Positions 53,650 through 64,000 of a DNA stretch of 64,000 nt are shown here, one piece after another (the stretch's first letter is position 1; the number at the start of each line of letters is the position of its first letter). The translations under genes were made by a program, and so were the position numbers. Source of the stretch: Amoebophrya sp. A120 (Eukaryota > Protista > Dinoflagellata). Below the pieces are notes generated by a model. The model was not told the origin of the DNA. It did not search any database and saw only the letters and a program-made list of their open reading frames with translations. Location of the stretch: positions 5,062,619 to 5,126,618 of the forward strand of contig CAJINV010000004.1 of assembly GCA_905178155.1 (NCBI GenBank), read 5' to 3'.

Positions 53650-54930
53650 CATCGCACTCACCACACCACGAGGCGGAGTCGAGTGGGAGAAATCGCTGCA
53701 GCAGGCAATAATCGGCTTGAACGCAGGGCCGAGCACCAGCCCGCGCGGACCGGGCGGGGTTCCGCCAAGGAAGCGAAAAACCAACTGAAAAGCTCCGCTG
53801 AATTTGTCCGCCAGGTCAGAACTGGTCCCCGGGCAGACTGACAACCGCAACGGGCCGGCCAAGGCCACCCAGCCAAACCAACACGGCCTGGCGGGGCGTG
53901 CGAGCAGGCACGCACCCCGGCCCGCGCGGCCCCCGGGCTCCCTCTCCCAGAAACGGGCCGGCACGGCAGGGCGGGCGGCAATAAATCTCCCCAAACAAGC
54001 GCCAGGGCCCACCGCCCCATCGCCGTGGCCCACCAACCGCGAGCCGACGGACCCAAGCAAGCAGCGAAGCACTCGGAGCAACAGCCTCCGCGCTGGTTCG
54101 TCGCCTCTGCGCGATACTCCGAGTAGATGGCTGATGGCAATTACCGCACAGAAGTTCTCGGCCCTGTGTCGTAGTGTGCGGATTGGCCTTGCCGCTTGCT
54201 GCAGCCAAGCAAGGCGCCGCCGCGCGGCGCTCGTTCGAAACGAACGCGCTCCCGGGATGGCGTTGGCCCGCGCGCGGGGCCCGGCCCGGCACCAGACACG
54301 AGGACGCGCCATCTCCTGGCACTCGAGGCAAAACCCGGCTCCTCGTGGCCCGTGGCAAAAATAACCGGCAAGCGCAGCCCTTTGCTCTTCATCCGACTCA
54401 TTGCAGGGGCCCTGCCTTTGCCGGGCGCTTAGGCCAATATCATAGCAGAATGTCCCCGCTTGCCCGCGCCAAAATTCGGCGTCTTCGAAGCAGGTCTGTT
54501 CATCGGGGCCGAAGCGGTGGGTTGGCCCCGGCCTTCGGCTGCGGGTTCTTTGGCGTCGTGTGCCTATGCGCCTGCCACAGGCAGACACGGCGCCCCGGAA
54601 CAAAGATGGGCGCGCCCGGCGGGGCCGGTGGCTGGGTCGGTTGGGCGCGCCGCCGAGTTGGCGGCTTCCCCGGGGTACTGCGCCCAACCAGTGAACCCTG
54701 CCCCGGTAGCAAGCTGGCACCGCCCAAAGCTGCGGGCCCGCCCCTGCGTGCCCCGCCACCGGCCGGGCAATGTCTCCGCCCCTGGCCAGCACGGCGATCG
54801 GGCTGCCCCCCCCGACTGACTCGACAGCCGGCCGGCGGTGTTCGGGTGAATATCCAACGCGGCCCCACAGATCTGCCGCGCCTCCAGTCGTTCCCTCTGC
54901 GTTGCCACTTTCGCGGGCGGCGCTGCTGGA
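53650..54930 (-). pseudogene. GC-rich island, possibly a decayed non-LTR (RTE-like) retrotransposon fragment
   Basis: Abrupt high-GC block in an AT-richer intergenic region. Minus ORF 53542-54792 contains RSFRTSAARRRLAWLQQAAR, reminiscent of the post-RT RRRLRWLGHVAR motif. No YADD seen. Confidence 0.3.
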
Positions 54931-55587
54931 ACTAGAAGAGCCACGACCCGAAATCTCATGTATTTCCGTGACCGCGCAGCACAGTTTCGTTTGTTAGATA
55001 GGCGAGTAGAAACGAGTCGACAGCTTTTCGAACAATACTTGTTTCCACGAGACCCGCGCGATGGGTTTTTCAATGCCCCGTGGCAGAGGTTCGGACAGGA
55101 GAAGCCCTCATGTACTTTTTCAAGGAGGAGCGCCTTGTTTTGTTTTCCTTACAAAATACAAACGGTCGAAAAAAAAGTTACAACATCCAATTCCAGCTGC
55201 CGGCGGGATTGCCGAAAAAATAGCTCTTCAAAAAAAAGGATCAAATTCTGGTAGCAACATCTTCATCAAGAGACTGCTGGCCACAGAATGAATAGCATGT
55301 CTGCATCGCTGTACCCACCCGGGGGACACAAGAAACAGATGAAATGGGAAAATCAAAATCACAATGAAAAACTTGCGTTCTTATCGTCGTTTCGTGACGC
55401 TGCGGAAAGCAGTAAGAAACAGCACGATAGTAGAAATGGAGAGGATTCTTTTGAGGAAGCGGACGACATTTTTATTACAGTATGCAATAGCAATAGTGTA
55501 CTAGAGAATGAGATCCCGCGTGATTGCTTTTTCCGGAAACAAAGGACAGACGAGGAGATGAAAAGTTGTAGTTAGAAAGGTTTACAA

Positions 55588-58500
55588 CTACATCAAAGCC
55601 GCTTCTTTTGCGCAGTCCGAGCACTGGCAGCCAGCGGAATGGAATCGGGCCAAGACCTTTTCGACCACTTCTTCGTCGCCATCCGCCTTGTCTATTTCAG
55701 GGTCCTTAGACAGATCGGAGTCGTCCGTGGGCGACAGCACGCTGCTTTCCGAGGACGGAGGAGAAGATTTGCTCTCGGCGTCCTGGATCGGGCTGGAAAA
55801 CTGTTGTTCTTTCGGTGCCGCGGCAGTGCCGCTCTTCTTGCTCTTTTGGACAACCGCGGGCAATGGACTCTCGTGTTGACCTGTACGATCTTCCCGTCCC
55901 GCTCGGTCTCGCGCCATCATGTTCATCGGAACACTCGTAAGCAGCTTGTTCTCGTCATCGCCACCCACGTCGCAACCTTTCATCTCTTGATCTTCTTTCT
56001 CACCTGTCTTGCCGTTGTTGTTGGAACAATTATCGGATACGAGAGGTGGGAGCAGGAACTTGCTTTGGTCAAAATCCACGACCATTTCGTTTGCGGTCGA
56101 GGCTGGAATTGCGCAGTTTGATACTGTCACTGGCATCAAACGACCGTCTCGGAAATGCAAGTCCGCATCGGCGTCGTACAGGCAGTCTCCGTGTAGTTTT
56201 CCCGCGGGAAAAAATAAACCATACTCATTCATTTCTCCTTTCTCCGAGGTACTGCTACCTAATATCACATGCGGCGGCACGACACTGTCACCGGGCTCGG
56301 CCCCTGCGAGAAGATCTTCATGCTCTCGGCGCGAAGACTTTTTGCTTTTCTTCCTTTTCTTTTTCTTCTTCTTTTTCTTTTCGACAGCTGAGGATGTAGT
56401 TGTACTCGTATTGCCCTTCGCTTTCTTTCCGTGGTGGTCCCTCTTGCCGTTATCGTTCTCATTGTCGCTTGTTCCGAGTTCTTGTTCTTCATCAACGTCT
56501 ACTTCTGCGGGTCGTTTGTTAGAAGCAGCTTTCTTTAGACGATTCTTCTGATGTGCTTTATCATGATCCCCGAAGCCGCCAGGGCCGCGCAGCAGCAATT
56601 CCTTCTGCTGCAATTTCTCGAAGACCGCGTCTGCGCTCTTGTTCATCTCGCCACCTTCCTCATCGGAACATGAAAAATTTTCCGCCAGATCGTCTGCATC
56701 CGCATGCCGCACCTCCCCGGTTTTTCGGTTGATCAAAACCGAGTGCACACTGGTGTACTGCTCAAACAACACTTTCGCCTGCCGCACACACCCCTGGAAC
56801 TTGTTCCAGTCGCGGAAATGCGTTAACTTCTTGGCCACTTTCCCTTTGGTGGTCTGGCGGAAGGGTTCCAGCCACTGTTTCGTTTTCTCGTAGTCGATCT
56901 TCGGTTGTTCTTTTTTATGTTTATTGTTCCCCTTAGCTGTACAGTCGGACCGCTTCAGAATTACAACGTCGTTGTCGCTCTTGAGGAGGGATTTCAAATG
57001 AGATTTCGTCAGTTTGTTCCCTTGCTGCTTGTTGCTGAAAGAAGTTGTGCTATTTTTCTTGTCAAAAGGCTTCTGCGCATTTTTGTCCTGCTCGTTCTTT
57101 TTCTTCATCTTGCTTTTGCTTTTCTGCAACGCAAGTTTCCTCGCCTTTTCCCTCTTCTTTTGCAGACCACTGGAAGAAGAACCTCCAAACTTGGTCCCAT
57201 TGAAGACGTCCAGCGTGTTCGGCTGCGCCGCTGCCATCTTGATGTTCTGCGTGTTCCTATCTCCCCGCAAAACCCGCACGACGTTTTCCTGCAACAGAAA
57301 CGCGCACCCCATCCCGTTGTGCTTCACATTCTCCTGCTTCGGGGCCTGCTTCGTGAAGGTGGGTAACGTGCCGTGATACAGCGGGTCCGGGTTCGTGCAG
57401 TGCACCCACACGAGCGAACCGCTGCCGCTTTTCATGGGGAGTTGCATGATACCCCCTGCGAAGAACATCCAACTGTGCCCCGCAGTGAACTTTTCGACGT
57501 TCATCTTGCCCTGCTTTTCCCAGTGGGGGCGGTAGAAGTAGATGGTCTCCAGACTGCCGTCCGCGGAAGAATCGCTGTGCACCATGACCACGTAGTTCGA
57601 ACTTTTGGACGTAATGTGGTACCCGTTGTAGCGGTCGTGTCCACGGAGCTGCTCGTGAAGAAAATGTTGATCCTGGTCGACGTCGTGTTGGACCGCGCCG
57701 GGTGCGGGTGGAAATGCAAATGGTGCACCAGAAGCTACCGCATTTTTATTAAGAACCGCGGTGGACGAGAAGCTGCTCGAAGATGAACTCGAGGCTGAGT
57801 CGCGAAGCTGAACGAAATTGGTGTTACTGTTCTTGGTTTTATCGCTGTTGTTCAAGATCATCTTGTTGCCTTCCTCAGTAGAAGATGACACTGTTACTGG
57901 GCTCACAATCTCCATCATGTCGGCATCTGGTTCTTGTGGCGCAGCAGCCGGTTGTTGCGGGTCGACGTTCTTTCCATGCGCCACGGCTCCTGCAAGATGA
58001 CCAACTTCAAGAACAAGAACTTCTCCGCTGGGGGACCCGAGTTGTTGTGCCGATGTTGAGCTACTACTTGCAGGAGCAGCTGCTCCTTCTATGGTATTCT
58101 TATTCTTGTCGCCGAGAACAACGGGGTTCTCCTCGTCCTCCCCGTTGCAGCCAAGAGCAGCTCCCGACTTCTTGTTCACTTCCGCCAAAAAATCGTCTGG
58201 AAAACTCTTCGGCAGGAGGCAAAATTCGCTCTGCGGGTCCAGGCTTTTCATGATGCACAACCGCGACGCCGCGCCGGCAGGCACCGCGCGCGCCTCCCGC
58301 TCCGCGAAGTCCGCCGCAAAGTCGTCCACAACTTCCTCCATGCCAAAGTCCCGCTTCTTCGCACCGGAAAGGAAGTTCCCGTACCGGTTCACACACTTCT
58401 GCGGCTCGTCCTTGCTGTAACTCGGCGGGACGTGGCATCCGAACATGGACATGGTGCCGAACCCGGCCTTCCCGCCCCGCCACCCAAGCGCCGTGCTTTT

Positions 58501-60303
58501 TCCCAGCGCCTGCACACTGTCCACGCGGCGCGACTTCATGTTGACCTCTGTTCCGTCGGTTGATGTAGTTGCACCACCTACAGAACTACCGGCCTTCGTG
58601 TACACCGCGTCACTTCGATGAGAGTGCACAACCCCCCGCCCCCCTCATATGTATAATTGCATGAACAGCAATACAAACACCAGCACACATGAAGCCTGTG
58701 CATAACAAATCCACGCGCATAGTCGAGTAGTACTGTTTGGGCTTCCGGAATCTGTCATGCAAACAGTGCCATCATCATCATCATGTAGTGGACACCCGTG
58801 CCACAGGGAAGCGCGTGGATTTGGAGTTTTGCATGACAAATGAGGGGGAGGGGGTGTTGTGCACTCTCATAACTGCCACCCTTGGCAAACTGCTCCGCCA
58901 CCGGGTTGGCCGCCGTGTACCCCTCAGGCAGGATATCCACAGTAAATTTCCTGTACACGTACAAATGCGGTTTCTGCATGACAAAACTTGCCCGATGCTA
59001 GTTCAGCATGACAAGTTGGCCTCTGCAAGGTAGCGAAATTTGTCATGCATTTTGTACATGTACAGAAAATTTACGATGCATACAGGAACGCGCTCTTCAA
59101 CTGCAGTGTGTCCGTGTCGTACCAGACGGCGGCGCAGTGGTACTCCTTCACATTCATCCACTGCGTCAGCGCCTCGTGCCGGAACGCCGAGTCAGTCCAG
59201 TTGTACTTTTGCGAGGCTTCTTTGCCTTTTAAATCTGCGCATTTTGCATTTGCTGTTGAGAAGCTACTGCTCTTTTTGATGTCTTTGTCGGACACCGCAG
59301 CGGTAGTATTTTCTTTATTCTTGTTGTTCATTTCCTCTTCTTCGCGCTGCAACTCTTCCACCGGCGCCATGTCGTCATCTTCTTCCTCGAGGACCACGTC
59401 TACTTCGCGATCTTGCTCTTTATCCTGCACCTGTTTTTTTTGCGCCAACTTGTTGACCCTCTTGGACCCGGTGTCGACCTCGGCGAAGAAGTGCTGCATC
59501 TCCTTCCAGACCGCGGAACTGTAGCCCACCAGCACCGCCCCGGCGTCCAGAAACGGCTGTCCGAGCGACGGAATCCGGCCAGGACTGGTCGTATTGGTAT
59601 CATCGTCACCTCCCGTGGTAAACATTTTGAATCGCGGCTCCCCGTTTTTCTCTCTCACGTCGAATACTCCCTGCTTCTGCAGCTCTTGTCTGCCCACCGG
59701 GTCCGAGCCGTCGACGAGCCCGCTCCAGTGCAACTGGTGAAACAGGTCCTCGTATTCGTCGTGGCCCGGCCGCGTCTCGACGGGGTCGGGCAGGATCGGG
59801 AACTTCAGTGTCCCCTCCGTGCAGGTTTTCTCCAGAAAAGGGAGCACCCGGACGTAGTTGGTCTTCTCGTTGGCGATTTTGTAGTTTTCGTCGTCCGGGT
59901 CGCACGTACACTTTCGCTTCGCCCGCTTGCACGCGCAGCGGTTGTCTAGTACGACGACAGCCTCCTCATCGGAAGAGGGTTTATTTGAGGGCTTGTCTGA
60001 AGGATTGTTCTTCAAGAACTCCTGTGCAGCTGTCGGGGGACCAGCGACCAGGGAAGATGAACAAGACGACGCCTTTGAAGATGCCGGCGCAGCTCCTGCA
60101 GCAGCGGTTTTTCCCGAAGTAGATTCTTGTGCTCCTGGTGGCCGTCCGACAGGTCTTTTCGGAACGCCACAAGTACACTTCTTCTTGGCCTTTTTACAGG
60201 GGCATTTGTCGTCCTCTACTTTCTTGATGTCCGCTACTTCGTCCGCCGACGCCGCGTCGGAAGCAGGAGCTTCTTTGGAAGATGATATTTTGTCCTCCGC
60301 CAT
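55588..60303 (-). CDS. Hypothetical Lys-rich protein with AT-hook-like motif and twin CxC-x6-CxC motifs (~1430 aa, 3 exons)
   Basis: Exons ~60303-59084, 58932-58873 and 58615-55588, joined as KSAFL|PEGY...KGGS|DAVY. Motifs CPCKKAKKKCTC, CACKRAKRKCTC, PKRPVGRPPG, poly-Lys NLS-like tracts and C-terminal CQCSDC. Start codon uncertain; in-frame stop at 60427-29. Confidence 0.78.
58617..58871. mobile_element. Introner, singleton (255 bp)
   Basis: ~36-bp TIR (atgagagtgcacaac...ccctcat), ends GAT...ATA, TSD acttc/actgc. Confidence 0.9.
58772..58797 (-). mobile_element. Extremely truncated (~26 bp) retroposon 3' end
   Basis: tcatcatcatcatgtagtggacaccc flanked by direct repeat gtgcca (58766-71 and 58798-803); identical to the tail at 29666-29691. 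Confidence 0.7.
58934..59082. mobile_element. Introner, family C (149 bp)
   Basis: TIR core gtaaattt(c/t)ctgtaca(c/t)gtacaaa, TSD cagga, TAT...ATA ends. Confidence 0.92.
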
Positions 60304-62235
60304 CTTCTTCACGACGTCCTCGGGGGCCACCGGCGGCCACGTCTGTGAAGATGTTGACGAGCGAGCTACTGCAGTTCCGGTCGTGTCGCCTGTGTTTCTA
60401 CTCGACGGAAGGTGCAACGGACGCGATCAACGACCCTTGGTTCGTTCTACAACGACTAGGCCTGCTTTGTCGAAGATCAAGAAGTTCTCCTACTTCTTAG
60501 GACATCAACCGAATCCTACAATCACTGTTTCCGCTGCTCAAGCTGTTCTTAGCAGTCGAGAATGGATGGAAGTTGTTGATGATCATGCAGGTATTAAGAC
60601 ATCTCTTTATCTTTTTGGAAAAGGCGAGGTTGTTCAAAATCAAAAAGCGTGGTCCTGCCTTTCTTGGGTATCAAAAAGAAGCGCAGTCGAACAATCCAAA
60701 GCAAGATTACTAGCCGAGTATTTGTTTTCAATAAGTACTTCCTCGTACAAACAGCACGAAGCTGATTGCTGTAGCTTTCTTGTCGCCCAAAAAAGACGCT
60801 AGCTCTGCTACAACTAATTTGCGGAAGAGGACCACAAAACATCATCCATGACCCGTAAACAGCAAATCGGACGAGGTGCACGATTGGGTGTAACTGGGGA
60901 TGTACGGGTAGTTGCTTTCTCAGGACGTCTAGTTGAAATCGATTTCTCTCTGTCTCTCTGCACACAGAGAAGTTGGACGAGACGAGAAACTTGTTTGGCT
61001 GTACGAACTCAATTTCTAGTACCCACAACGATTTTCATTTTCTTTGTCCAAGATGAACGGTGCTTTGACACAGTAGTTCGTCTTCGTTGTTTTGATTTTA
61101 TTTTGTACGTACTGAAGAAAGACGTCTTTAGAGGCCACACCACTATTTGATTGATACAAATCTCTGCCCTTTAACGTTGTGATTCGAAACGACGACCGGG
61201 ACCCAAGCTGATTTTCATCATTACCCCCTCGTTCTTCTTGCGACCACGTTCTGCTGGTTGCACCTGCACGCACAGTCACATTCATTCTGCAGCCATAGAA
61301 GAAAGAGCTTTTGAGATAATCGAACCAAAACCCAAGTCAACAACTCTCTCTTTGTGCGACGTCACAATACTTATTGGAAATGCAGAAGATGACAGAGACA
61401 CTGCCAGTGATTGGCACAGCCCTGAAAAAGAACACGATAACAAGCGCTCCTACTGCTGAGCGACTTGCATAGGCGTTTTGATCCTAGACATAGAGGTAGA
61501 GCCTCGGTCGTGGGTCGTTCCATTTGGCATCAATAACGGGGGAAGGGGTTTTGCATTTGCAGTACTATCAAAGATCTGACCATGAAGGCACTTGAGTGAG
61601 TTTGAAAGACGCGCATGTTTGGTTGAGATTTTTTGCTAGAAGAGTGCGCGGTGGAAAAGAAACGGGAGAACCCTGTGAAAATGAAAAAGTTTACGTTGAT
61701 GCTTTACCTTTTATGAACACGCTTATGGAAACCGTAGTGATGTTGAAAACGTCGATAAACGATATAGCCTCAATCTGCAACGCAGCTTCGGTGAAAAAAA
61801 TAAGCAACAACTGAATGTGATGAAGAGCAGCATGGGGGACAAAATCATGCCTCGAGGGGGGGGGGTTAGGAAGCTGAAAATGGTCGAAAAAATGCTTTAA
61901 TGTACTGCAAACTGATTGATACGACCATGGCGATCGTGTCGAAAACGTCCAAAGAGGTGTATATGATATTAAAAGAAAAACAATGAATTAACTAAAGATC
62001 ATTCCCGTCACCGCAGGCTCCTACTTGTGGCAGATGCAGACCATGACATCATGTTCATGTGCTGAGAATGTGCATGTGTTGAAAACTACACAAGAACCTG
62101 CTCCTTGTTGAAACATGGTCGAACTCGAAACTCACGTCTTTGCAGGCATTGTTCTACTTGCATCAAAGAACAGACGCATGCAAAGACCACGCTAGTGACC
62201 GCGAAATAAACCTAGTTGCACAACTTACGCACTCC

Positions 62236-63827
62236 TCACCATTGCGAAGCGTAGGGGACGACGGGCCCCTTTCCGTAGCCCTTCTGCCGGCGCACAGTCA
62301 TGCCACCACCCTTCATCCCCATTCCCTTGCCCCCGCCCCACCCGTAGCCCCCGCCGCCAAAGTGGTCTGCGTACTTTTGGTGCTCCTTCAGCATAGCATG
62401 GTAAATTCCGGCCATAATGACCACAGCGGCGAAGCACACCAGCACAAACACCCACCAAGCCATGCCCAGAATTTCGGTGGTGTCATCGTCACTCGTCGGC
62501 GCCGCAGTTGTGGAACTTGCATCTGCGTCGGACGACGCGTCCGTCGCCTTCTCAGTTTCGGTTTCCACAAGCGCGCCCGTCTGAAAATAGGTCCACTGGA
62601 GCGCGATTGTATGGGGGCGTCAGGATCGAAATGAACAACGTTGAAATGGTTTGCGGCGCATAAAATGCGGAGTACAAAATGCCTGTCGCGCAAGGATGGC
62701 AAGTGAGGCCGATTGTAGGTGGCCTTTTTAGGGGTAGAAAAGAGATAGAGCTGCGACGGAGCATGACAAAAGCAGCCTCCTTTGCCCCGAACAGTATCAC
62801 AGATTGGGTAGGTTCAATGCAGCCGAAGTTTGGTGTCATGCGACGCTTAGCGATTGGGCGGGGTCTACGTCCAACTGGGTTCGTTTTTGTTCATGACAAA
62901 GGATATCAGTTGTGTCGATTTCGAACCTGACTACACGCCCATAAACCGCGTCTGCGGAGTACTTCTCCGTGCACGTTTTGATCAGGAGGCAACAGTGCTC
63001 ACGTTTGGACGTGGTGCCATCGTTTGGACGCGTCCACCACTGGTCCTTTTCCACATCCGTGTACAAAGTCAAGGCACCGACTTTCCGCTTCAACGCAAAC
63101 GCGTCGCAGCCCAAACCGGCGTGGGAAGCTGGCAGCACACCCTCTGTGTCCGCCGCTTTCGCCGCCCCGAGCGTCTTCAGCTTGTGGCACAGACTGGCGC
63201 AGTAGTCGCCGGTGGCACTCCAAGCGGAGTTCGCAATGACTGCACCGTCCTCGTCGGTCTTCTCGTGTCCGTAAACATCGTCGAGATTCCCTTTCACATC
63301 GCCGTACATCCCATCGCCCAGGGTGCCCAGCTATCCTGTGCAAAAGTCTCGCACTCGTAGTTGTACCCTTTCATTGCAATCACGCATGACAAATCCAATA
63401 CCAATGCCTGCTAAGCTTAACTTAAGCACGTAACAAACTAGAATTACAGCTTCATCGTTCCGATTTGAAAGAATTTCAATTTGTAATGCAAATGCAATTT
63501 TTCATACTAGCACGATGCTTTCCCACTACATACCATCGAAAGAGCTCCTCCCCTCCTGTCTGAGCACGGACCCAGGTATTTTTTCTCGGCATCCGTGTTC
63601 TCGGTAACGTCGCACGTCATTGCTTTCAGCAGGTTATTCGCATTCGGCGCGTACGTGAGGGGGGATTTCGCGAATACCAGGGTCGTTGTCGACGTTGTTG
63701 TCGTTGTCGTGGTAGTTGTTTGCGCGTGTACAAGTACCGGCTGAAACAAAATTGAAGGCCCGACGAAAAGTAGACCCGCCGCGAGCGGTTGACGTCGCCG
63801 CAGGAAGGTGGAGATAGATCTGGTCAT
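62236..63827 (-). CDS. Type-I membrane/surface protein (~350 aa, 3 exons) with PAN/apple-like Cys pattern
   Basis: Exons ~63827-63534, 63330-62945 and 62608-62236. Signal-like N-terminus (LAAGLLFVGPSILFQPVLVHA), poly-Thr tract, CASLC...CDAF...CCLL...WTYF, acidic S/T stalk, TM segment WWVFVLVCFAAVVIMAGIY, Gly/Lys-rich tail ending in Trp. Confidence 0.78.
62610..62943. mobile_element. Introner, family E (334 bp, diverged)
   Basis: Homologous to the reverse complement of 478-786 (tcaggatcgaaat, gcataaaatgc, tgaggccgattgta, tttagggg). TSD decayed (gattg/aaccg). Removal restores the frame. Confidence 0.85.
63332..63532. mobile_element. Introner, family D (201 bp); intron 63331-63533 is GT-AG on the minus strand
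   Basis: Left end tatcctgtgcaaaagtctcgcactcgta matches the family D TIR; TSD ccagc/ccatc; join ALSM|LGTL. Confidence 0.88.
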
Positions 63828-64000
63828 GATTTTATTTTCGCGAACCGTGCTGCTGTTGGAAACTTACTTCGAGCAGAAACGACAGCCTTCTTCGTGAAGA
63901 TTTGTACACCGTATTTCGAAATTGGATTGTTAAGTACCTAGAAACAGTACTTCCTTCACCTGCTTCAAGGAAGTCCTGGCTGTAGCTGTCCTGCGTGTGA

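Noticed and set aside
59927-60802. 291-aa plus-strand ORF
   Set aside because: Largely antisense to the AT-hook protein exon; composition is that of a shadow ORF.
477-63533. DNA-level excision (ciliate IES-like) or autocatalytic group I/II introns
   Set aside because: No group I/II core structure is visible and most elements are too short. DNA excision cannot be excluded from sequence alone, but nothing supports it, and three copies give clean GT-AG borders.

Overview
Eukaryotic genomic DNA with every credible gene on the minus strand. The co-oriented genes and non-canonical inverted-repeat introns resemble the parasitic dinoflagellate Amoebophrya (Syndiniales); this assignment is inference. 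The main feature is a set of 16 clear (plus 1 probable) MITE-like intronic elements (introners), 110-1064 bp long. Each has TAT...ATA termini (two single-base variants) and 20-56-bp terminal inverted repeats (TIRs), and most have a recognisable 5-bp target-site duplication (TSD). They fall into 5 multi-copy families plus singletons and occur in either orientation. Removing each element plus 2 or plus 5 nt restores the reading frame at every junction. This joins the ORF-track fragments into four genes: (i) a giant gene (48995 to <1, at least ~15,000 aa, probable signal peptide, still open at the window edge), (ii) a DUF1275/YoaK-like membrane protein, (iii) a ~1430-aa AT-hook/Cys-motif protein and (iv) a ~350-aa type-I membrane protein with a PAN/apple-like Cys pattern. 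The geometry suggests an 'NT...AN' splice rule, in which the element supplies the invariant U(+2) and A(-2), the TSD supplies the terminal bases, and each insertion adds one codon. Two 5'-truncated (ATG)n-tailed retroposon ends are nested inside introners, and a GC-rich, possibly LINE-derived relic lies at 53.6-54.9 kb.
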